Source of the DNA: Nitrospirota bacterium
Lineage (GTDB): Bacteria > Nitrospirota > UBA9217
Direction: 5' to 3'
Assembly (NCBI GenBank): GCA_963818475.1
Contig: CAWFSF010000005.1
Span: forward strand, 480,001-544,000
DNA: 64,000 nucleotides
Shown here: positions 58,801 through 64,000 of the stretch, piece after piece
How positions within the stretch are numbered: the first letter of the stretch is position 1
Layout: the number at the start of each line of letters is the position of its first letter
Translations under genes and position numbers: made by a program
The notes under the pieces: model-generated
The model's database searches: none
Told to the model about the DNA's origin: nothing
What the model saw: the letters and a program-made list of their open reading frames with translations, nothing else

Positions 58801-61549
58801 CGAGCACTATGGCGCGGCCCGCGGATCTGCCGGTCAGGACCAGGTGCACCAGCCAATCACGTTCTTCGGGCTTGCGGATGAGCTCGATCACGGCTCCCAG
58901 CAGGGTGGGCAGGAACAGCACACCCGCCACCAGCAGGGTCCGGAACCACGCCGGTCCCGGACCAAACAGCCAACCACCTGCCAGCAAGGCAAGCAGCGAC
59001 GGCGGCACGAGGCTGCGCCTGAGGTTGTCGAAAATTTTCCACATTGACAAAGCGGTGAGCGGGTTCGGCTGCCGCTTCGCCTTCGGTCCCTTTGCACCAT
59101 TTGATCCGGGCTGCGCGGGAGGTCCGGGCACGCGCGGGAGCAGCCAGCCGGCAATCTGCCAGTCGCCGCGTACCCACCGGTGCCGCCGGCTGGCCTCCAT
59201 GGCGCAACTGGCCGGCTGCTCTTCAATGAGGTCGACGTCGGTCACCAGTGCCGAACGGGCATAGCCGCTTTCCAGCAAGTCGTGGCTGAGGATGAGGTTC
59301 TCCGGAAAGCGTCCGTCGACGGCCTGACGAAAGGCGTCTACGTCGTAGATGCCCTTGCCGATGAACGACCCCTCCCCGAAAATATCCTGGTAGACATCCG
59401 ATACCTCGCGCGTGTAAGGGTCGATGCCTGACTCTCCCGCGAAGAGCTTCGCAAACCGTGACCGGCCCGCGCTGATCAGGCTGATCGATGCGCGTGGCTG
59501 CAGGATCGCGTAGCCTTCGACAATGCGCCCCTTGCCGGCATCGTACACCGGCCGATTGAGCGGATGGGCGATGTTTCCGATAAGGGTGCGTGCCGTGTCG
59601 CGGGGCAGTTGCGTGTCGGTATCCAGGGTGATGACGTACTTGATAGAACCGAGGAGGGACTGATCACCGACAATATCCGAGAATGCAGTTTGTGCCCCTC
59701 CCCGAAGCAAGGCATTGAACTGCTCCAGTTTGCCGCGCTTGCGCTCGTATCCCATCCACACCCCTTCGTAGGGGTTCCACACCCGGGGCCGGTGAAACAG
59801 ATAGAAGATGCACGGGCGGTCCTCGCGGTAGGTCTCGTTGAGCGCCTGGACTGCTGCGCGCGCGTGAGCGAGCAGCGCGTCATCGTCCGGCATCGTTTGC
59901 TTTGGTGCGTCGCGGAAATCCGTCAGCACGGCAAAGAACAGATGAGGATCGCGATTACCGAGATAGCGGATCTCCAGGGCTTCGAGAAGATCGTCGATCT
60001 CCTGCAGACTGCTCAGCAAGGTAGGGACGATCACCATGGTGCGGTGAACGGATGGAATGCCCTGCGAAAAATCCAGTCGGGGCAGCGCGCGAGGTGGCAG
60101 GACAAGCGTGACGATCAGGTTCACCAGCGGGACGGCCAGCGCCGAGACGCCGATGATGCCGGTGATCGCAAAGAACCAGCACCGCCAGTCACTGAGGCCC
60201 GACCCGTTGAATGAAAAAAGCACGGCCGATGTCGAAAGCAGCGTGAGCAGCAGGATCGGCCCGAGGTAGAGGAACAGGCGGAGATGCCGGCCCGCACGAG
60301 AGGCCAGCATTTTCAAGGACAAACGGCGGCCGACCGCTTGCTCCAGGATCCGCCGTCCGTGATCTATCAGGTAGTATCCGACATGCGCGGTACGGTCGCT
60401 GACGCCCGATCGCTCCGCAGCAGCGTGCGCGAGAGCTATGGCTTCGCGTGCAACCGCCGGCTCACTGTACGAACTGCTCCGCGCCAGATCTTCAATGACA
60501 TGCCGGTACCGGTCGCGGGTGGCGAAATCCTGGCCGGCGTGCATCCCCGCCGGGTCTTCACGCAAGGTCTGTTCGACGACACTGAGCGACTCAACGTAAT
60601 TCCTCCAGTCCATGGCGCCGATAAAACGCAGGCTGCCGATACTGTTTGCGATGGAGATCTGGTTGGCCGCGGCCGTTCGTCCGGCCGCCTCCGACAGCTG
60701 CGTTGCGGTCACCCCTTGTTCAAGCAATTTTTGTTCAACCCAGGTTTGAATGAACGCCATGGCGGGCCCCTGGGCCTGGAGCCTGGCGTAAAATTCCTCC
60801 ACAAACGGCGCGGTCAGAGGCACATCGGCATAGGCAAACTCGGCGAGCAGCCGGATAAGCTGTTTCGGCTCCCGTTCGGCCGTCGCGAGCATGCGGTCCG
60901 CCCAGGTGATGGCCGCGTCGCGCTCTTCGCGGCGACGGGCGATACGCAATCCGACGCGGCGAAGGTTTTCCAGCAGCGCCAACTGCAGCATGATCGGGAA
61001 TGCCCACAATTCGCCCAGCTTTAACGGTTCAACGGTCTGGTAGGCAACGACGAATTGGGTGGCGTTGTCGCTGTCGACACGACCGTCCATGTGAGAGATC
61101 AGATCCAGCGCCAGGTCATAGATGCGGGGGAAACCGGCTGACGGGCCATCAGCCAGTTGCGGCAACTGCCGGCTGTACCCGCGCGGCAGATGCCGGCGCG
61201 CCAGACTGATCTGCTGCTCGATGAGATAGAAATTGTCGAGCAGCCAGGCCTCTGCCGGCACGACCCGCTGGCCCTGCGTGGCTGCGGCTGTCACGACGTC
61301 ATAGGCCGCCAGCAGGACGCGCGCATTGTCCGCCAGCCGTGGCAGCAACCGGTCCGCCCCCGGACGCGGATCTATTCTATGCCGGCCGGCCAGCGCTGCC
61401 GCGTGACGCTTCAGTTGCTCGATGCTGAACAGCTCCGAGCGCAGCAACTCGGTATCCCCGCCGCTCCGCAGCGCATTCCGTGCCCGTGCCGAAAATCCGA
61501 AATCTTTGATGAGCATGCTATTTCCTCGATCGAACCATCTGCAAAGCAC
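52820..61549 (-). CDS. ndvB: Cyclic beta-1,2-glucan synthase (Cgs/NdvB/ChvB; GT84 plus GH94 phosphorylase domains)
   Basis: 2909-aa ORF: WLLDNFYLI, GYERKRGKL, ITLDTDT, LSHDLLES, RRHRWVRGDWQ, YDLLASEARL, QSGGAYGFRDQLQD, GDWNDGMN, RENGGQYTH. Confidence 0.93.
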   Translation of the reverse strand: MLCRWFDRGNSMLIKDFGFSARARNALRSGGDTELLRSELFSIEQLKRHAAALAGRHRIDPRPGADRLLPRLADNARVLLAAYDVVTAAATQGQRVVPAEAWLLDNFYLIEQQISLARRHLPRGYSRQLPQLADGPSAGFPRIYDLALDLISHMDGRVDSDNATQFVVAYQTVEPLKLGELWAFPIMLQLALLENLRRVGLRIARRREERDAAITWADRMLATAEREPKQLIRLLAEFAYADVPLTAPFVEEFYARLQAQGPAMAFIQTWVEQKLLEQGVTATQLSEAAGRTAAANQISIANSIGSLRFIGAMDWRNYVESLSVVEQTLREDPAGMHAGQDFATRDRYRHVIEDLARSSSYSEPAVAREAIALAHAAAERSGVSDRTAHVGYYLIDHGRRILEQAVGRRLSLKMLASRAGRHLRLFLYLGPILLLTLLSTSAVLFSFNGSGLSDWRCWFFAITGIIGVSALAVPLVNLIVTLVLPPRALPRLDFSQGIPSVHRTMVIVPTLLSSLQEIDDLLEALEIRYLGNRDPHLFFAVLTDFRDAPKQTMPDDDALLAHARAAVQALNETYREDRPCIFYLFHRPRVWNPYEGVWMGYERKRGKLEQFNALLRGGAQTAFSDIVGDQSLLGSIKYVITLDTDTQLPRDTARTLIGNIAHPLNRPVYDAGKGRIVEGYAILQPRASISLISAGRSRFAKLFAGESGIDPYTREVSDVYQDIFGEGSFIGKGIYDVDAFRQAVDGRFPENLILSHDLLESGYARSALVTDVDLIEEQPASCAMEASRRHRWVRGDWQIAGWLLPRVPGPPAQPGSNGAKGPKAKRQPNPLTALSMWKIFDNLRRSLVPPSLLALLAGGWLFGPGPAWFRTLLVAGVLFLPTLLGAVIELIRKPEERDWLVHLVLTGRSAGRAIVLALLTLVFLPYDTLIFLDAILRSGVRMLFTRSGLLLWHMRSYARRNARRTPADFFREMWVAPVLAMALALALGFSRPAELLFCAPVLLLWLASPAVGWWISMPLVSPEPDLTADQRAFLRASARRTWRFFAEFVGPQDNWLPPDNFQEYPAPAIASRTSPTNIGMSLLADLAAYDLGYIPAGEFLRLAGNTLATMQKLERYRGHFYNWYDTRTLKPLHPHYVSSVDSGNLAGSLLTLQAGLAELKDQPVLSSNAFQALQDTLQVLAEQVPSSPAPDLVKKARLLQDRLRALPLNGEQTLAAADSVLDEILRDGGLVAWLPADNAIGGELYYWAQAFDRQSRALRDDLRSLVPGPRSFSTIPTLAELAGERTVSPSALSSAGAAAATEPRYAGAVERLRIIDDLVDRCRELAVMDFEFLYDTSRGLLTIGYDAGERRRDTSCYDLLASEARLASFLLIAQGQVPQKHWFSLGRLLTSHGGDVSLISWSGSMFEYLMPQLMMPIYENTLLEQTGKAAVSRQIEYGRQRAVPWGISESCYNATDASQVYQYRAFGVPGLGFKRGLGDDLVIAPYASALALTVMPREACRNLQTLADDGFLGAYGFYEAIDYTPSRVPRGKHHAIVRTFMAHHQGMSLLAFGHVLLNRPMQRRFMSAPLVKATELLLQERVPKKGATLHPHAAEVSAAARPPAAEEAGIMRVFTDPNTPIPEVHLLSNGRYHVMATHAGGGYSRWRDLAVTRWREDATSDCWGTFIYLRDRDTGRYWSTAHQPTLRKADHYEAIFVEARAEYRRRDQAIEAHTEISVSPEDDVEIRRVTLTNLSSRTRHIEITSYAEVVLALLHADLAHRSFSNLFVQTEILPDRQAILCTRRRRTPGEQVPWMFHLLAAPGAAADEPSYETDRVKFIGRGRTTANPVVLDSSGRPSALSNTDGSVLDPIVAVRRTITLSPDESATVQIISGVADTREAALALLEKYGDRHFVERAFEMAWFQSQEVLRHLSATEADAQVYGRLATSVIYGNALRRAAPGVIARNQLGQSGLWRFAVSGDLPIVLLRIGDLDRIDLVKQVLQAHAYWRMKGLPSDLVIVNEDFSGYRAVLQDQIMGLINAGPEASIIDKPGGVFVRRAEELSEDERVLFQTVARIAFTDTAETLVEQVERRVSRERVSDLLEPLQQAAAEPVYPLPARERIFFNGLGGFTPDGREYVVTLEPGQSTPAPWVNVIASPHIGTVVSESGSAYTWVENAHEFRLTTWHNDPLCDSSGEALYIRDEETGAFWSPTPLPARGRFGYVCRHGFGYSVFEHYEAGIASELFTYVAMDAPVKFAVVKLHNQSKRARSLSLTGYWELVLGEWRHANLMHIVTETDPQNGALFARNAYGRECANRVVFAQVSERERSVSGNRTEFIGRNGSLAGPMAMRRRRLSGRTGAGLDPCAAVQTRIELAEGEEREIVFVFGAARDADEARHFIQRFSGQAGARQALETVWEHWNRTLGAVHVETPDPALDVLANGWLVYQTLSCRLWGRSGYYQSGGAYGFRDQLQDTLALIHATPWLAREQLIRCAGRQFLRGDVQHWWHPPNGQGVRTHFSDDYLWLPYATCRYVLATGDTGVLDESVHFLEGRELNPEEEAYYDQPQRSAEAASLYEHCVRAIKHGLRFGEHQLPLMGCGDWNDGMNLVGRDGKGESVWLAWFLYENLRQFAGLARGRGDEAFADVCAGQASLLRNNIEANAWDGDWYRRAYFDDGTPLGSSKNEECQIDSISQSWAVISGGGAPLRARQAMWSVDKRLVRRDAKLVQLLAPPFDTSDLEPGYIKGYVPGVRENGGQYTHAAIWTTMAFALMGDRERAWELFAMLNPVNHGSTPADIERYKVEPYVMCADIYGAPPHTGRGGWTWYTGAAGWMYRLTVETLLGLQLEVDHLRIAPCIPAHWGSFKIHYRYRETFYHITVKRVNEQPEHMIRMIMDGAAVEGTGIEGTERAQGMIPLVDDRQDHHVEVELS

Positions 61550-61621
61550 AAAGGCAGGTCCTGAAATACAGAATCAGTTGAGACCTGCCAAGAGGCGTTC
61601 ACTGAAGAATAGAGCGACACA

Positions 61622-61660
61622 CAAAAAAAGAGGATTCACCCCAAGGAGTGATCCTCTTAA
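61622..61660 (-). terminator. Probable terminator downstream of uup
   Basis: aagaggatcac...gtgaatcctc followed by a T-run on the minus strand. Confidence 0.55.
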
Positions 61661-61737
61661 AGTTTAGCACAATTTGTTGAAAACTGAGGGAATTCCCTCG
61701 CGCCCTGGCAGCATGGCCATTGCGGTCCTTGCTCGGC

Positions 61738-61917
61738 TTGCCTAAAAAATGCGGGTTATTACGGCATTTGACACTGATCAAATCGGATAAGAGTCGGATA
61801 ACAGCTGATTTTTCCCTGACGTAGTTCACCCATTAGGTGAACATGTTGCTTCCGATTTATCCGCTTTTATCCGGCGTTAATCCGCTCCTTCCGTGTCCAA
61901 ATGCTTTTTTTAGGATT
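61738..61917. repeat. MITE-like repeat, divergent copy D
   Basis: cctaaaaaatgc...cggataa repeats...ttatccg repeats...gtccaaatgctttttttagg. Confidence 0.55.
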
Positions 61918-61958
61918 AAGTGGTTCACCGGCAGATCGAAGCAGCCCCTTTTCCCGCG

Positions 61959-63861
61959 CTATCCCTTCAACGCCTCCAGCTCATCCCACCGCTTATACGC
62001 TGCCGCCAGTTCCTTCTCCACGGTCTCAAGCCGTGCCTTGGTCGACGCGACCTTGGCCCCGCTCTCCTTGTAGAATGCCGGATCGCCCATGGCAGCGATG
62101 ATCTTCTGCTGCTCTGCGTCGAGTTCCTCGATCCGCTGCGGCAGGGCCTCGATCTCTTTCTGTTCTTTAAAGGTCAGTTTGCGCGGCTTCTCTTTCTGCG
62201 GCGCAGGCGCGGTCTTCTTTTCTTCCGTCCTGGCCGGCACGACAGGCGCTGAAGCTTCTTTTTTATTTTTGCTCTGGCGCAGCCAGTCGTCGTATCCGCC
62301 CACGTACTCGTTCACCTGGCCGTCGCCTTCGAACACGAGCGTGTTGGTGACGACATTGTTGATGAACGCGCGGTCGTGGCTCACGAGCAGCACCGTGCCG
62401 GGATAGTCCATCAGAAGCTCCTCCAGCAGGTCGAGCGTCTCCATGTCGAGGTCGTTCGTCGGTTCGTCCAGCACGAGCACGTTCGAGGGCTGGGTGAACA
62501 GCTTCGCCAGCAGCAGCCGGTTCCGCTCTCCGCCGGACAGGACCTTTACGGGGCTGCGCGCGCGTGCCGGAGCGAACAGGAAATCCTGCAGATAGCCGAT
62601 GATGTGGCGCTGAATGCCGTTGACGGTCACCTGATCGCTGCCGTTCGCCACGTTGTCCTGCACGGTTTTCTCATCGTCGAGCTGGGCGCGGTGCTGGTCG
62701 AGATAGGCCACCTGCATGTTCGTGCCGAGCTTGAGCTTGCCCTGCAGAGGCTTCAGTTCGCCCAGCAGGATCTTGAGCAGCGTGGTCTTGCCCGAGCCGT
62801 TGGGCCCGATGATGCCGACCTTGTCCCCGCGGATGATGGTCGTTGACAGGTCGCGGATGACCACCTTGTCGCCGAAGCTGTGGCCCACGCCCTCTGCCTC
62901 GACCACGAGCTTGCCCGTGCGCTCCGCTTCCTGGATCTGGATGTTCACGGTGCCGATCTTCTCGCGCCGGGCGCTCCTGGTCCTGCGCAGTTGCTCGAGC
63001 GCGCGCACGCGGCCTTCGTTCCGGGTCCTGCCGCGCCTTGACGCCCTGCCGGAGCCAGACCTCTTCTACAGCAAGCTTCTTGTCGAACTTGGCGTTCTCC
63101 ACTGCTTCGGAATCGAGCGCCGCCTGTTTCAGATCAAGATAGGACTGATAGTTGCCGGGCCAGCTCGTGAGCCTGCCGCGGTCCAGATCGACGATGCGCG
63201 TGGCGATCTTCTGGAGCAGCGCCCGGTCGTGGGTCACGAACAGCAGGGTCCCGCCGAAGGTGAGCAGGAACTCTTCGAGCCATGAAATGGCAGTGATGTC
63301 CAGATGGTTCGTGGGTTCGTCCAGCAGCAAAAGGTCCGGTTCGCCTGCCAGGGCCTTTGCCAGCAGCACCCGCCGCTTGAGCCCGCCCGAGAGCTCCGAG
63401 AACTCGGCGTCTTCGGGAAGCTGCAGCCGCGTCAGGATCTCGTCCACCTTCTGCTGCATCTGCCACCCGCCGGCTGATTCGAACCTGTGCTGCACGTCCT
63501 CGAGCTCGGCCATGAGCTTTTCGCTGTGGTCATGTGCCAGCTTCGCGTTCACATGATGGTACGCGGCAAGCAGTTTTCCCTGCTCGCCGAACGCGGAAGA
63601 CACCACGTCGAACACGCTGCCGAACAGCGCCTGCGGCACTTCCTGCGTCAGGAGTGTGATCTTTACGCCCTGCTGAAAAACGATCTTGCCGCCGTCGGGC
63701 TTCACTTCGCCGGTGATGAGCCGCATGATCGTGGACTTGCCCGTGCCGTTCCTGCCGACCAGGCAGACCCGTTCGCCCCGGTCTATCGAGAGATCGGCAT
63801 TTTCGATCAGAAGCGGCCCGCCGAAGCTGACCTTGACGCTCTGTAAACTGACTAAAGCCAT
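61959..63861 (-). CDS. uup: ABC-F family ATPase Uup (frameshift near 63030)
   Basis: Two ABC domains (GRNGTGKS / LSGG / LLDEPTNHLD; GPNGSGKT / LSGGER / LDEPTNDLD) and C-terminal KLTFKEQKE coiled coil. Confidence 0.93.
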
Positions 63862-64000
63862 GCAATACCCCGTTCTTTATTAACTATTTGTGCCCGCACA
63901 ATGTACCCTTTGGCGTGCTGAATTGCAACCGAAATCATGACAACGGCTGGATCTGAAGCAACCGAGCGGCTTCAGGGATCGAAGAAAGCGCTGTTTGGAA

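Noticed and set aside
52694-61564. Long plus-strand ORFs opposite ndvB, and similar antisense ORFs at 10951..12057, 36441..37433 and 43707..44876
   Set aside because: Shadow ORFs typical of GC-rich coding DNA, with no motifs or RBS
61553-61660. Riboswitch in the ndvB leader (hairpin GGCAGGTC...GACCTGCC plus a terminator-like stem)
   Set aside because: No aptamer consensus recognisable by eye; the T-tailed stem is adequately explained as the uup terminator. An Rfam scan would settle it
63911-63927. Possible sigma54 promoter TGGCGTGCTGAATTGCA
   Set aside because: GG to GC spacing is 11 nt rather than the required 10

Overview
GC-rich bacterial chromosome segment. Gene content suggests an anaerobic Nitrospirota- or Desulfobacterota-like organism (inference only). 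Many genes, including essential ones (ffh, trmD, rplS), are split by single-base indels, which most likely reflects uncorrected long-read errors. 1-20 kb: housekeeping and redox genes (tetraheme cytochrome, HPF-CSD, short rpsA, rimO, ffh-rpsP-rimM-trmD-rplS-rnhB-yraN, dusB, yajD) plus a secreted CxxCH + triple-rhodanese protein with an in-frame UGA and SECIS-like hairpin (probable selenoprotein). 20-38 kb: a signalling island with four PAS histidine kinases, an embedded TusA/DsrE pair, two regulators ending in a CxxC...HxxCxxC tail, and a convergent operon with a sigma54-type promoter, REC-DUF4388-Roadblock / Cys-His protein / REC-DUF4388-Roadblock, where each Roadblock domain keeps its own internal start. 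38.5-45 kb: chrB-chrB'-MFS operon and a sigma54 two-component pair. 45-51 kb: five attC sites with gene cassettes and no integrase in the window (CALIN-like), capped by an IS110/IS1111 remnant truncated by a TIR-flanked Y1 transposase. 51-64 kb: SPFH protein, cyclic beta-1,2-glucan synthase and an ABC-F (Uup). Intergenic regions carry dispersed MITE-like repeats and 7-/9-mer periodic palindromic elements.
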